Positions 53,276 through 63,541 of a DNA stretch of 64,000 bases are shown here, piece after piece. The translations under genes and the position numbers were made by a program. The notes beneath the pieces are model-generated. The model searched no databases and had not been told where the DNA came from. It saw nothing but the letters and a program-made list of their open reading frames with translations. The stretch is from Candidatus Parcubacteria bacterium (lineage in GTDB: Bacteria; Patescibacteriota; Minisyncoccia; Phycocordibacterales; UBA2100): assembly GCA_041168925.1 (NCBI GenBank), contig JBEEJY010000019.1, positions 2,384 through 66,383 of the forward strand, written 5' to 3'. The stretch's first letter is position 1; the number at the start of each line of letters is the position of its first letter.

Positions 53276-54204
53276 GCTCTCTTGAGATTCATGTAGATAT
53301 CCTCAAGTGCCCGGACGGCGTCGCCGGCGGCTATGTTATTTTGATGGTACAAGATGTCGGTACAATCACCCGCCGCCCAGATCCTCGGGTGCGAGGTGCG
53401 CTGCGTCCTCGAGTCAATCTTGATCATGTTGAACTCGTTCATGTCGACGACGCCTTTCACCCACTCGGTATTCGGGATGAGGCCGATCTCAACGAAAACA
53501 CCCTCCACGTCGGCGCGATGTTCCTCGCCCGTCTTGTTGTCTTTCCATCGCACGCCGGTCACGAATTGATTTCCCTCGATTGCGACGGGCTCCGCGTTTG
53601 TGTACGCGTGCATCTTGGGGTTTGCGAGCGCCGCATCGACGCTGATCTTGTCGGCTCTGAATGCGTCGGTTTTATGAAGCAGGGCCACGCTCTTGCAGTA
53701 GGCGAGTAACTGAAGCGCCGTCTCGAATCCTGCGTTGCCGCCGCCAACGACGAGTACATCCTTGTCGGCAAAGAGAGGCCCGTCGCATGATGCGCAGTAG
53801 GTAAGGCCTTTTTGATCGTACTTTGCGGCACCGGGGATATCGAGTCTTCGGCGATTTGCGCCCGTTGTCACGAGCGCCGCCCCGGCTTCGTACGTCTTAC
53901 CATCTTTGGTCGTGACGCGCACGAGCGCATCGGTGGCTTCGAGTTTGGTCGCGAGCGCGGGAGAGACCACCGTGAGCCATTCTCCGGCGTAACTCTCGAC
54001 GTGTTTTTTGAGGCTCGCCGCAAGTTCGGCTCCTGAAATGGAGGGCGTGCCTATCCAATTTTGCACGTCCGTCGAGACGGTGCTCTGGCCGCCCCATTCG
54101 TTGGTGATGAAAAGCGTCTTGAGGCGCTTGCGCGCGGCATATACCGCTGCGGCGGCCCCTGCGGGGCCGCCGCCAACAATGATAATCTCGTACGAATCCG
54201 CCAT
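53272..54204 (-). CDS. trxB: Thioredoxin reductase/AhpF-C-terminal-like FAD oxidoreductase
   Basis: GGGPAG, CASCDG, GGGNAG, AAGD. Confidence 0.85.
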   Translation of the reverse strand: MADSYEIIIVGGGPAGAAAAVYAARKRLKTLFITNEWGGQSTVSTDVQNWIGTPSISGAELAASLKKHVESYAGEWLTVVSPALATKLEATDALVRVTTKDGKTYEAGAALVTTGANRRRLDIPGAAKYDQKGLTYCASCDGPLFADKDVLVVGGGNAGFETALQLLAYCKSVALLHKTDAFRADKISVDAALANPKMHAYTNAEPVAIEGNQFVTGVRWKDNKTGEEHRADVEGVFVEIGLIPNTEWVKGVVDMNEFNMIKIDSRTQRTSHPRIWAAGDCTDILYHQNNIAAGDAVRALEDIYMNLKRA

Positions 54205-54240
54205 AGGTCGGACCATTATACCGCGCGCGCGATAGTCGGA

Positions 54241-55416
54241 TTACTTTCTGCGCAAAAAAGATGGCAGCCCGCCCCACGAATCGTCGTCTTCCGCAGGAAC
54301 TGCTTTCGCGAGCTCCACGGGTTTCGCCGGTTCTTTCGCTTTTTCCGGTTCGTTGCGCTTCATCTCCTCGCGAGTGCGCGGGTTGACCGGCGGTACGTCA
54401 GCATCCTTCTTGGCGGCAAGGCGTTGGGCACCCGCAAAAAGCGTCGCGCGCTGGACGGTCTCCGGGAAGCCCGTCGCGATGACCGTAACGCGCACCTGGC
54501 CTTTCTTGAGCGCCGGATCGGTGACGGCGCCGAAGATAACCTTCGCATCGGGATCGATCGCTTCGGTGATGACGTTGGCCGCATCCTGCACCTCGAGCAT
54601 TCCGAGATCCTCGCCGCCGGCGACGGAGAAGAGGACCCCCTTCGCGCCGTGGATGGAGACTTCGAGAAGCGGGGAGTTGATCGCGGCGCGGGCGGCAATC
54701 TCGGCGCGATGCTCGCCCATCGCGGTGCCGATGCCCATGAGCGCGCTTCCCGCGTTGTGCATGATCGTCTTCACGTCGGCGAAGTCGACGTTGATGATGC
54801 CTGTTTGCGTGATGAGGTCGGAAATTCCCTCGACTGCTTGTTTCAAGATGTCGTCGCACATCGCAAACGCGTTCTTGATGCCCGTGTCGCGCGAGACGAT
54901 CGTGAGCAACTTGTCGTTGGGGATGATGATGAGCGCGTCGACCGCCTTTCGAAGCTCCGCGAGTCCTTGCTCCGCGAGGCGCATGCGCTGCTGGCCTTCA
55001 AAACCGAACGGTCTCGTGACGACGCCCACCGTAAGCGCGCCGAGTTCTCGCGCGACTTTCGCGACGATCGGCGCGGCGCCGGTGCCGGTGCCTCCACCCA
55101 TACCGCAGGTGATGAAGACCATGTCGGATCCTTTCACCGCTTCTTGGATCTCCTCACGTGTTTCCTCGGCCGCCTGCTTGCCGAGTTCGGCGTTCATGCC
55201 CGCGCCAAGACCGCGCGTGAGATTTTTGCCGACGTGGATTTTTCGCTTCGCTTTGTTTTTATGCAAATCTTGTCCATCGGTATTGATGGCGATAAAATCG
55301 ACTCCCTGCACGTGGCTCGCGATCATGTGATTGACCGCGTTGCCTCCCGAACCTCCGACTCCTATCACTCGTATCCTCGCGAACGACTCGACATCGGGCT
55401 TGATCGCTTTGACCAT
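54241..55416 (-). CDS. ftsZ: Cell division protein FtsZ
   Basis: [27 protein letters not shown]-terminal LPSFLRR. Confidence 0.98.
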   Translation of the reverse strand: MVKAIKPDVESFARIRVIGVGGSGGNAVNHMIASHVQGVDFIAINTDGQDLHKNKAKRKIHVGKNLTRGLGAGMNAELGKQAAEETREEIQEAVKGSDMVFITCGMGGGTGTGAAPIVAKVARELGALTVGVVTRPFGFEGQQRMRLAEQGLAELRKAVDALIIIPNDKLLTIVSRDTGIKNAFAMCDDILKQAVEGISDLITQTGIINVDFADVKTIMHNAGSALMGIGTAMGEHRAEIAARAAINSPLLEVSIHGAKGVLFSVAGGEDLGMLEVQDAANVITEAIDPDAKVIFGAVTDPALKKGQVRVTVIATGFPETVQRATLFAGAQRLAAKKDADVPPVNPRTREEMKRNEPEKAKEPAKPVELAKAVPAEDDDSWGGLPSFLRRK

Positions 55417-55513
55417 AGTTGGCACATAGTACCATTTCGCGCCAAAGCGCAAACTTGACGTTTTGCAGGAGCCGTGTTTAATTCAGCGACCGCAACAACT
55501 GGAGGAAATTCCA

Positions 55514-55810
55514 ATGGCTTGGCGGATCTTGCTCGTTGGCAGGGACACGTTTCTGCTTCGGAATACGCTGCAAAGCGGCGGCTTCGTGAGCGGGTCGGGG
55601 TTCGAAATGATCGAGGCGGGCGGCATCGATGCCGCTCTGCGCGAATTGAAAAACGATGATTCGATCGTCGCGGTCGTGGTCAGCGAAGCAGCGCAGCGCA
55701 CGAAAATCCGGGCAGACGGTCACGATCGGGCGCAACAGGTTGCCGCGTTCGTGAATAACGCGCACCTGCTTCGTCAAATGCGAAACTTGCGGCCGCACGT
55801 CGCCGCTTGA
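55514..55810 (+). CDS. Hypothetical protein, possible truncated/degenerate REC-like domain
   Basis: GGAGG SD; promoter TTGACG-16-TTTAAT; RILLVG..GFEMIEA...AALREL...IVAVVVSE. Confidence 0.6.
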   Translation: MAWRILLVGRDTFLLRNTLQSGGFVSGSGFEMIEAGGIDAALRELKNDDSIVAVVVSEAAQRTKIRADGHDRAQQVAAFVNNAHLLRQMRNLRPHVAA

Positions 55811-55882
55811 CCGCCGTCCTAGGGGTGGAGGACCGACCTTTGCCCCGATGCGAGGCGGTCTTCTATTTTATGCATATGAAGC

Positions 55883-55922
55883 ATGTTCAAAATGTCTCAC
55901 GGTCGTGAATGTTTTTGAACAT
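55883..55922 (+). repeat. 40-bp palindromic dispersed element, copy B
   Basis: atgttcaaaatgtctCACGGTCGTGaatgtttttgaacat. Confidence 0.85.
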
Positions 55923-55969
55923 TCCGATAGTAGTCAGTTGGTGGCATACGACCGGTTGAGAAGGCAATG

Positions 55970-57142
55970 TTAGGGCAGCAAACTGCGCAAACTTTGTTTG
56001 ATCGAGTCCCATGCGTCGCTAAGTACTCCGCCAAAGGATGCCGTGCTGCTCGCGGTGTCTTCGGCATATGCCCAGCGGCAAAGCCCGTAGGCGACCGCCC
56101 ATGTCGCATCGACCGACGATGACCGCGGCAAGTGTCCGATCTGTGCGATTTGCGACGGGAGCCGCAGTATCGCGCGCGCAATCTCGGCAGAAGTCGCAAG
56201 CCCCGATCCGCCGCCCGTGATCACGATACCGGCAGGGAGGAGGCGGTGACGCCCGATCGATTTCAAATGCGCGTTGACGAGCGTGTACATTTCTTTGAGC
56301 TGAGTCGCGACGATCGTATACATCTTGCGCTCGGGAATATCGGAGCCCGTGATTCCGCCGCGTTTCAGCGATTCGGCCTCGGTGAGCGGCACTTGAAATG
56401 TGAGCGCGATGGATTCCGTAACCGCATTCGAACCGGTCGGAAAAATCTTGAGGGAAATCGGTATGTCTTCTTCGAATACGACGATCGAGAGCGTCTCGGC
56501 ACCGATGTTGGCGAGCACGACTCCCGCCGTCTTTTGGGCCTTGGTGAGAGTTACGAGCGAAGCCGCAAGCGGGGAGGCCATCACGCCTTCCACTTCCACG
56601 CCCGCCGCCTCGACGGCGTCGATACTGTCGTCCTGATGCTGCGAGAGCATCGTGATGAGGAGCGAATCGACGGCGAGTTTCGCGCCCTGCAATCCGAGCG
56701 GTCTGCCGTAGGCTTTATTGCCGTCCACTCGATACTCGAGCGGAATCGCATGGATGACGCTGCGGTTCGTGAGGCGCGCCGAAGCGCGCTTCTCGGCCTC
56801 CTTGAGCGCGCGTTCGATATCGCGCTCGCCGACTATCCCGCCCGATTGGGTAAGCGATACTTCTCCGGTCGAGCGTATCTCGTCAAGCCCGACGCCACCG
56901 AGCCCCACGCGCGCGCGGCGCACTTTTACCTTGGCGGCCGATTCGGCCCGCTGAAGCGCCTCGCGGATGCTTTTTGCCGCTTCTTTTGTATCAATAATAT
57001 AGCCGTGGCGGAGGCCTCGGGAGGCCGCGCTCCCGCTTCCGATCATCGTAAGCGGCATTTCAGGATTCTCTGCCGGCGCGGCGATCACTACTTTGACGTG
57101 GTAGGTGCCGATGTCGATCCCTGTGTAGATTCGTTGTGCCAT
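55970..57142 (-). CDS. ftsA: Cell division protein FtsA
   Basis: GIDIGT..VK, GLRHG.I.D, NIGAET, AE.LK, VITGGGS. Confidence 0.93.
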   Translation of the reverse strand: MAQRIYTGIDIGTYHVKVVIAAPAENPEMPLTMIGSGSAASRGLRHGYIIDTKEAAKSIREALQRAESAAKVKVRRARVGLGGVGLDEIRSTGEVSLTQSGGIVGERDIERALKEAEKRASARLTNRSVIHAIPLEYRVDGNKAYGRPLGLQGAKLAVDSLLITMLSQHQDDSIDAVEAAGVEVEGVMASPLAASLVTLTKAQKTAGVVLANIGAETLSIVVFEEDIPISLKIFPTGSNAVTESIALTFQVPLTEAESLKRGGITGSDIPERKMYTIVATQLKEMYTLVNAHLKSIGRHRLLPAGIVITGGGSGLATSAEIARAILRLPSQIAQIGHLPRSSSVDATWAVAYGLCRWAYAEDTASSTASFGGVLSDAWDSIKQSLRSLLP

Positions 57143-57516
57143 TCAAAACCGAATCGTCGGAGTATCCGGCGTTCGTTGCTGTCCATTATACGCCCATGCG
57201 CGAGACCCTTCAGATGAAGGCATCCGTGGACAAAAAGGTGAGCGAGACGATCGGAAAACGACATTCCGTAGAGCTTCGCTTCGCGTTTCGCCCTCGGGGC
57301 ATTGAGGAAAATTTCACCCTCTGTTTTGGTGAGAGGAAAGGAAAGCACATTCGGCGCGTAGCGTTTCTTTCTATATGTCTCGTTCATTTCTTGAGCCAGT
57401 GCGTCTCCGCAGATGACAAGCGAGAGCTCATAGCGCGAAGGAAGCGCCGCTCGGGCAAGCTTTTCAAAGGGGATAGGCGGCATCGGGCCGAGCGAGGTCT
57501 TTCGTATCTCAAGCAT
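57088..57516 (-). CDS. ybeY: rRNA maturation endonuclease YbeY
   Basis: N..YR.K...NVLSF, GEI, HGCLHLKG..H. Confidence 0.9.
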   Translation of the reverse strand: MLEIRKTSLGPMPPIPFEKLARAALPSRYELSLVICGDALAQEMNETYRKKRYAPNVLSFPLTKTEGEIFLNAPRAKREAKLYGMSFSDRLAHLFVHGCLHLKGLAHGRIMDSNERRILRRFGFEWHNESTQGSTSAPTTSK

Positions 57517-57519
57517 TCT

Positions 57520-57840
57520 CTAGCGGGCGATCGGAGTCGTCTCGCCGAGTTTCGATTGCGAGGCACCCTCGGTCTGCGAAGTCTTTGCAAACGGGCGAGC
57601 GTTCATGCGGGTCTCCGGAATGATCTTGCCTTCTTTGACGAGCTTGCGGTATTCGGCGCGGCGCTTGAGTCGCTTGAGCGCGCGTTTTTTCTTGACGGTC
57701 TTTGAGGCGCTGCGAGAGTAATAGCGCGAACCGCGCACCGTTTTCACGAGTCCCGTGCCCTGCACGCGACGGGAGAATTTGCGGATGGTGGAAAGCGTGC
57801 TTTCGTTGCCGCTCTTCGAGACTTCGGCATTAATAGACAT
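57520..57840 (-). CDS. rpsU: Divergent ribosomal protein bS21-like
   Basis: V....NES....RKF.RRV...G........YY......KK pattern; highly basic. Confidence 0.6.
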   Translation of the reverse strand: MSINAEVSKSGNESTLSTIRKFSRRVQGTGLVKTVRGSRYYSRSASKTVKKKRALKRLKRRAEYRKLVKEGKIIPETRMNARPFAKTSQTEGASQSKLGETTPIAR

Positions 57841-57896
57841 GTCGCGAGAGCATACCACAAAACACTGCAAAGGCAAAATGATGTATGAAAGAGATT

Positions 57897-59114
57897 CTAC
57901 GCACGTGCTTCACTTCGCCACGCACCGACGCGGCGGCGCTTGAGGTAACCCGGCAATTCGGGAAGGGGAATCGCGTCTTGCGAGTTGGTCGCGACTTCGC
58001 GCACGAGGACCGTACCTTCCATCGCTTCTTTATGGCCCATGATGAGGATGTATGGCGTTGCGAGGCGGCGCGCCGTCATCATTTGCTCGCCGATACGCTC
58101 GTGCCAGATACCCTGGTGCACGGGAATCTCTGATCGCCGGAGCATCTCGAGGACGGAGAGAACGCGCCGCCTCGCTTCGGTGCCGAGATGCGCGAAATAA
58201 ATTGCGGGCTGGACGTGCGAATCGGCTTTCCGCATCTCTCGCTTCACTCTTGTCTTGCCGCGCAGCTCGCAGGTAATAGAGAGAAGCGCGCCGTAGGCGG
58301 GGGCGCGCGTGAAGCGCGAGGCGAGCGGGTCGTAACGGCCGCCAAAGGCGAGCGGCACGCGCACGCCGGTCTCGGCATCGACACTCGATATTTCAAAAAG
58401 CGAATGTGACCAGCAATCGCGGCTTCCCAAAATCTGCGGATTTAGCTCGTAAGGCAGCCCGAAGATCTCGAGGTACTCGAGCAGTTCCCAGAACCTCCGG
58501 CGCTCGTCTTCGGTGAGATACTCCATTGCCTGCGGCGCGCGAGGCGTCGCCGGGTGGCCGCGCTCGATCAATTGCACGAGCGTTCCGAGCGGATCGCTCA
58601 CGACGCGCGGACGAAGCGTGGGCGAAATCGATTCGATGTGTTTGCGCAAATAAGTTCCGACATCGCGTACGTAACGACCGGAAGAATCGGAAGAGCCGAT
58701 ATTGTTGATGGAAAGCAGCCTCCGGTCGATTCCGCTTTCTTCCGCGATCGCGCTGCCGACGACGATAAGCAGTGCTTCGGCGATGGCACTCGATGGTCCG
58801 ACGATATGAAGTTCAAGCGAAAGCGAGGGCATGCCCGCGGAACCGGGAACCATACGCCACGCCAAGACCGCTCCCTCGCCCGGAATGCAATTGAGGCACT
58901 TGCGCGCAGCCGAAAGAAGCGTGCGCTCATCGCGCCGCGCGAATGAAATCTCCGACTCGACTTTTGAAAGCGGCATGATCGGTCGCTTCTGCACGTGCGA
59001 AGGAATGCGCGGTATGTTTTCAAGCGGTGCGAAGCCGTAATATTCGGCGACGCGGATCGCGCTGCCCAGAAATGCGGCAGTGTTCGAGAATCGCGTGTCC
59101 TTCAAACGAATCAT
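57897..59114 (-). CDS. Degenerate histidyl-tRNA synthetase-like paralog
   Basis: Retains YGF, INNIG, FEI, GGRYD.L and an anticodon-binding domain, but lacks LRPE.T, R.ERPQ.GR.R.F.Q and RGLDYY. Confidence 0.75.
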   Translation of the reverse strand: MIRLKDTRFSNTAAFLGSAIRVAEYYGFAPLENIPRIPSHVQKRPIMPLSKVESEISFARRDERTLLSAARKCLNCIPGEGAVLAWRMVPGSAGMPSLSLELHIVGPSSAIAEALLIVVGSAIAEESGIDRRLLSINNIGSSDSSGRYVRDVGTYLRKHIESISPTLRPRVVSDPLGTLVQLIERGHPATPRAPQAMEYLTEDERRRFWELLEYLEIFGLPYELNPQILGSRDCWSHSLFEISSVDAETGVRVPLAFGGRYDPLASRFTRAPAYGALLSITCELRGKTRVKREMRKADSHVQPAIYFAHLGTEARRRVLSVLEMLRRSEIPVHQGIWHERIGEQMMTARRLATPYILIMGHKEAMEGTVLVREVATNSQDAIPLPELPGYLKRRRVGAWRSEARA

Positions 59115-59704
59115 TGAGTGTATCTTGCCTCGTTCGGGAAGAGGCCGATCTTGCCGAACGGGTACAGGCGCGCGAACACGCGTCCGACGATGTCATTGCG
59201 TGGCAGCGTCCCCCAGATGCGCGAGTCTGATGAAACGCGGCGGTTGTCTCCGAGCACGAAATATTCATCTTTCCCGAGAGTTACGCGCAGCTCGTTGACA
59301 CCGCCGAGGTTTTTCGGATCGAGATACGGCTCGGAAAGTTTCAGCCCATCGGGATATTGCGTATTGATGACAGTCACGTTCTGCCCGGAAAGGACGATCG
59401 TGTCGCCCGGGAGTCCGATCACCCGCTTAATGAGCGCCCGACTCGTCTCTTGCGGAAGATCGAGTACTATCACGTCACCTCTCACGGGCTCAAAGAAGCG
59501 GTAGGTGACGCGATCGATGATGAGATAATGGTAATTGTCGAAATTCGGCTCCATCGATGCGCCGATGACGACGTACGGAGATGCGACGAAGAAGCGAACG
59601 AAAAGCGCGAGCCCGAGTGCGACGACCGTATAACTGATGAGAGATCTCTGCGCGCTTGGTTGAGTACCCGATGATGAATTTTTTTCAATCTCGGGCAGAG
59701 ACAT
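59111..59704 (-). CDS. lepB: Signal peptidase I
   Basis: GASMEPN, RGDVIV, IKRVIGLPGD, GDNRRVSSDSR. Confidence 0.95.
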   Translation of the reverse strand: MSLPEIEKNSSSGTQPSAQRSLISYTVVALGLALFVRFFVASPYVVIGASMEPNFDNYHYLIIDRVTYRFFEPVRGDVIVLDLPQETSRALIKRVIGLPGDTIVLSGQNVTVINTQYPDGLKLSEPYLDPKNLGGVNELRVTLGKDEYFVLGDNRRVSSDSRIWGTLPRNDIVGRVFARLYPFGKIGLFPNEARYTQ

Positions 59705-59756
59705 GCGCGATATTGTACTGTGCGGAGAGGATTGACACCAAGTGAAGGGAGTGTTG

Positions 59757-59875
59757 CATGTCTTTTCGGCGCAATGCGGGTCGCAGAGTACGAGATTTTT
59801 TTGCTAAAAAATCTCTCGGCGCTCGCTCCGTCGAGCTCACGAGCCTCCGCAACCCGCACTGCGCCTCAAAACATG
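59757..59875 (-). other. Structured intergenic element (long stem closing two hairpins)
   Basis: ~30-nt imperfect inverted arms whose three core mismatches become G-U on the minus strand; internal gagattttt/aaaaatctc hairpin. Confidence 0.55.
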
Positions 59876-59912
59876 GTGGGAGGAGGGAAAATAGGATAGA
59901 ATACGCGGCTAT

Positions 59913-60503
59913 ATGACGTGGGTTATCGTCGGTTTGGGCAATCCTGGCGAGGAATATCAGAACACGAGGCATAATAGCGGGCGCATGGCGCTCGATTTTT
60001 TCCGCAAATCCGCGGATTTCGCCGACTGGAAGGAGGATACGAAGGCAAAAGCACGCGTCTCGAGCGGGATCATAGGAAAAACGGCGACAGTGCTCGTTAT
60101 GCCCGATACCTTTATGAACAAATCGGGCGAAGCGGTCACCAAATTCGTCAAAAATCAGAAGGCGGCGGAGCGAATGATCCTCGTGTACGACGATCTCGAT
60201 CTGCCGCTCGGAACGATCAAGCTCTCATTTAATAGAGGGAGCGGCGGACACAGGGGAGTCGAGTCGGTCATGAAGTCGGTTCGCACCAAAAAATTCACGC
60301 GCGTGCGCATCGGCGTCTCGCATTCGAGTGCTGCGGGCAAACTCCGCAAGCCCTCCGGCGAAAAAGAAGTCGTCGATTTCATTCTCGCAAAATTCCGGCC
60401 TGCGGAAACGGAAGCGATCAGGAAAATTCTCAAAAGAGTCGCCGAAGCGCTTGAAAACATCGTCGCCGAGGGCCCGATGAAAGCTATGAACCAATTCAAC
60501 TAG
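59913..60503 (+). CDS. pth: Peptidyl-tRNA hydrolase
   Basis: VGLGNPG, TRHN.G, TFMN.SG, DDLDLP, GGH.G, RVRIG. Confidence 0.96.
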   Translation: MTWVIVGLGNPGEEYQNTRHNSGRMALDFFRKSADFADWKEDTKAKARVSSGIIGKTATVLVMPDTFMNKSGEAVTKFVKNQKAAERMILVYDDLDLPLGTIKLSFNRGSGGHRGVESVMKSVRTKKFTRVRIGVSHSSAAGKLRKPSGEKEVVDFILAKFRPAETEAIRKILKRVAEALENIVAEGPMKAMNQFN

Positions 60504-61618
60504 TTGACAGGTTTGAGCGTCATCCTCCGATCCTTGGGCTCGAAGAAGGTGATCGTGAATGGATAGACCTTGCCCAGTTCGAGTCTGGAGCGTAGTTCGG
60601 CTTCATTCGCGAATTCGGAAATGTGCACGAGGCCCGCGACGCCTTCTTCGATCGAAGCGAGCGCGCCGTGCTTGTTGTACTTGATGACGACCGCGTCCAC
60701 TCTTTGATCTTTGTGATATTTGCCGGACGCCGCTTTCCACGGATCCTCCATGAGCGCTTTGATGGAGAGAGAGATCTTGTCGTCTTTGATCTCGATCACT
60801 TTCACTTTGATGACGTCGCCTGATTTGTATCGCGTCTTCGGATTCTCCACGAGCGCCCAGTCCATTTCGGAAATATGCACGAGACCTTCCAGTCCTTCTT
60901 CGAGCTTCACGAACACGCCGAATTCGGTGGCACCGGTCACCAGGCCCTCGAGTACGTCTCCGACATGGTACTTTTCGACGAGAGAGGCGCGTTCAGAAAC
61001 ACCGGCGCCTTTTTCGCTAAAAATGAGCTTCTGCTCTTTCGGACTCGCGGTTATGATCATCACCTCCAGTTTCGTGCCGATCATGCGCTTGAGCTCCGCG
61101 AAAATCTTTTCCTTGTCGCCGTCCGGCACTCTCGGGTAGTGCGCGGGCGAGAGCTGCGAGGCGGGAAGGAATCCCTGGATGCCGTTCCAGTTGATGATGA
61201 GGCCGCCTTTGTTGGCATCGGCGACGGGCAATTCGAAGAGTGTTTTCTTCTGCATCGCGGTCTCGGCTTCGTTCCAAATGACCGCCTGGCGCGCTTCGCG
61301 AAGCGAGAGCTCGATGTAGCCTTCCGGATTGTCGGTGCCGACAATCTTCGCGGTAACGGTGTCGCCGATGTTGACGTTTTTCAGGGCTTCGCGCGCCGAT
61401 AGGTACTCGCGGCCGTAAATGATACCGGTGCCGTACGGATGCAAATCGACAAAAACGCGCGCGCGGCCGAGCGCCACGACCGGCCCTTCGACGACATCGT
61501 CGAGCGCCGGCGGAGAACCCGCGCTCTGCAAAAGCTCGGCCATCGGGCCGCTCTTTTCTTGCACGCCGACCACTTCTTTCTCGTCTCCCAACGCAACTAC
61601 GGATTCTTTATCCGACAT
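60500..61618 (-). CDS. rpsA: 30S ribosomal protein S1 (four S1 domains)
   Basis: NKGGL...GFLPASQL, FGVFV...EGLVHISE repeats. Confidence 0.92.
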   Translation of the reverse strand: MSDKESVVALGDEKEVVGVQEKSGPMAELLQSAGSPPALDDVVEGPVVALGRARVFVDLHPYGTGIIYGREYLSAREALKNVNIGDTVTAKIVGTDNPEGYIELSLREARQAVIWNEAETAMQKKTLFELPVADANKGGLIINWNGIQGFLPASQLSPAHYPRVPDGDKEKIFAELKRMIGTKLEVMIITASPKEQKLIFSEKGAGVSERASLVEKYHVGDVLEGLVTGATEFGVFVKLEEGLEGLVHISEMDWALVENPKTRYKSGDVIKVKVIEIKDDKISLSIKALMEDPWKAASGKYHKDQRVDAVVIKYNKHGALASIEEGVAGLVHISEFANEAELRSRLELGKVYPFTITFFEPKDRRMTLKPVN

Positions 61619-61901
61619 GAAATGTTCGCTTCGGGACCCCGCTTCTTGCGCTACCGTGTCTTTCGGAAGCGAGGCACTACCCCTTGCGCACTATTAAATT
61701 GTATCCGGAGTATATAGATAAGCGTCGTTAAAGTCAAAGTCCAGGCCGCGAGAGAGCGGTCCGGACCGGTCGCATCCGTCGGCGACGCGACCTGCGGGGA
61801 GGCTCGGGCCGCGGTGGCGGATATTTTGAATGCCGCGCATCTCAAAAAGAATGCCCGGCGGGTATTGCCGCCGGGGATCGATTCGCAGCGCTATGTGCGC
61901 G

Positions 61902-62339
61902 CTATTCTTCACTGCCGTTATTCGCGGGCGCCTTATCCGGCGTCTTGTCGATCTCGACGATCTCGCCGACGCGGACGCCCATCTCCTCCAGCTTTCTCGC
62001 GATGCTCTTCATCGAAGCGCTGGTCAGCTCGCGCGAGAGATTGATCCGGAGTCCGGGCTCGCCTGGCTCGTTATTCGGATTGACCACCACGTTGAGGATC
62101 CTTTTGCTCGGCTCCTCCCACGTGATCGACGTGACGTTGTCCTGCGAGTTGACCGAGATGAATGCCTTGCCATCTCTCAACACGAGATCGAGATCGAGGC
62201 CGTTTGGCATCTTTGCCTTCAGCGCTTCAACCGCGGCCCGGGCTTGCTTCAGGAAATCCGGCTCTGCGATTGCGGGGATCGTAGCGACCGTGAGCGCGGA
62301 CGCGATCGCGGCAGTCCCAAGTCTTGCAGACCATTTCAT
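61902..62339 (-). CDS. Secreted hypothetical protein
   Basis: GGAGGA SD; signal peptide ending AIA; hairpin at ~61854-61876 downstream. Confidence 0.7.
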   Translation of the reverse strand: MKWSARLGTAAIASALTVATIPAIAEPDFLKQARAAVEALKAKMPNGLDLDLVLRDGKAFISVNSQDNVTSITWEEPSKRILNVVVNPNNEPGEPGLRINLSRELTSASMKSIARKLEEMGVRVGEIVEIDKTPDKAPANNGSEE

Positions 62340-62471
62340 ACAGTCCTCCAGGTTGCGGCCCTGTCGTGTTTTGCATGAGCGCAAAGAACACGCGGCCGCT
62401 TCAATCGTAGCGCGCTTCCGCGAGCGGTCAACGACTTTAGCCGATGCTCGATTGGCGCTATACTACCTCAT

Positions 62472-63119
62472 ATGATTCTGACATTTCACGAAGGAGCGTG
62501 CGTACGCGCTCAAGCCGGCGACACGACGCTCGTGCTCGGTCCGGTTTCGAAGAACTCGAAGGAATACAAACCGACTAATTTCGGCGCGGACGTCGCGTTC
62601 ATCAGCCTGAACCATCCCGACATGAACGGCGCCGAAGAAGCGGGCAGGGGAGACAAGCAGCCGTTCGTCATTTCCGGGCCTGGGGAATACGAAGTGAAAG
62701 ACGTGAGCGCCGCTGGTTTCCCTTCGAACTCGAAGTGGGGCCTGCCCGCGGATCCTGCAAGCGGCCGGGGAGGCGATCAGCGCATCAATACGATCTACTC
62801 CGTACATTTCGACGGCATGTCACTTATGTATCTCGGCGCGCTCGGGGATCTTGATTTGCCGCCTCACGTGCTCGAGATGGACGCACCCGACATTCTTATC
62901 ACGCCTGTTGGCGGAAGAGGCGCGCTTGCGCCGGCGGAGGCGCAAAAACTCGCGGTGAAGCTCGAGGCGAAGCTCATCATCCCGATTCTTTTCGACGAAA
63001 AATCGCTCAAGCAATTCCTGAAAGAAGCCGGAGAAGACGTACGGCCGATAGAGAAACTCACTGTCAAGCCGAGAGATCTCGCGGGGAAGGAGAATGAAGT
63101 CGTCGTTTTAAGCGCCTAG
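62472..63119 (+). CDS. MBL-fold metallo-hydrolase-like protein
   Basis: H.D.N, PGEYEV, NTIY, LG.LG, DILITPVGG, IIP. Confidence 0.8.
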   Translation: MILTFHEGACVRAQAGDTTLVLGPVSKNSKEYKPTNFGADVAFISLNHPDMNGAEEAGRGDKQPFVISGPGEYEVKDVSAAGFPSNSKWGLPADPASGRGGDQRINTIYSVHFDGMSLMYLGALGDLDLPPHVLEMDAPDILITPVGGRGALAPAEAQKLAVKLEAKLIIPILFDEKSLKQFLKEAGEDVRPIEKLTVKPRDLAGKENEVVVLSA

Positions 63120-63138
63120 CGAGCGTTCCGCATCGTGT

Positions 63139-63507
63139 ATGGCAGTCAGCGACAAGATCAACAACCTCAAGCAAGGCCCGAAAGAGGACAAAGTAGCCGT
63201 GGCAAGCGGCATCGCGGTATCGGTCGTCGTCGTGCTCCTTGTGGCGTGGGCGATTTTCTTTTTCCGCAATATTCAGCGCGGCTCGCAGCAGCTCGATCTT
63301 GGCGGCGGCGCGCAGGATCAGTTTAATTTCTCAAACGTTCGCGACGCGCAGCTGCGATTGCGGCAAGAATACGGCACCGGCGCGAAAAACGACGAGCTCT
63401 TGGAAGTGCGCGATGCCGCAGCTTCCGGTCAGACGGGCACGCAATTGCGGAATTCATCGCAGCAGATCCAAGGCAGGACTCCGGATCAGTTCGGCACATC
63501 GCAGTGA
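63139..63507 (+). CDS. Single-TM hypothetical protein
   Basis: Hydrophobic helix aa ~19-42. Confidence 0.7.
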   Translation: MAVSDKINNLKQGPKEDKVAVASGIAVSVVVVLLVAWAIFFFRNIQRGSQQLDLGGGAQDQFNFSNVRDAQLRLRQEYGTGAKNDELLEVRDAAASGQTGTQLRNSSQQIQGRTPDQFGTSQ

Positions 63508-63541
63508 CTCACAGGCGTGGATGATGAAAATATCGCGCGAT

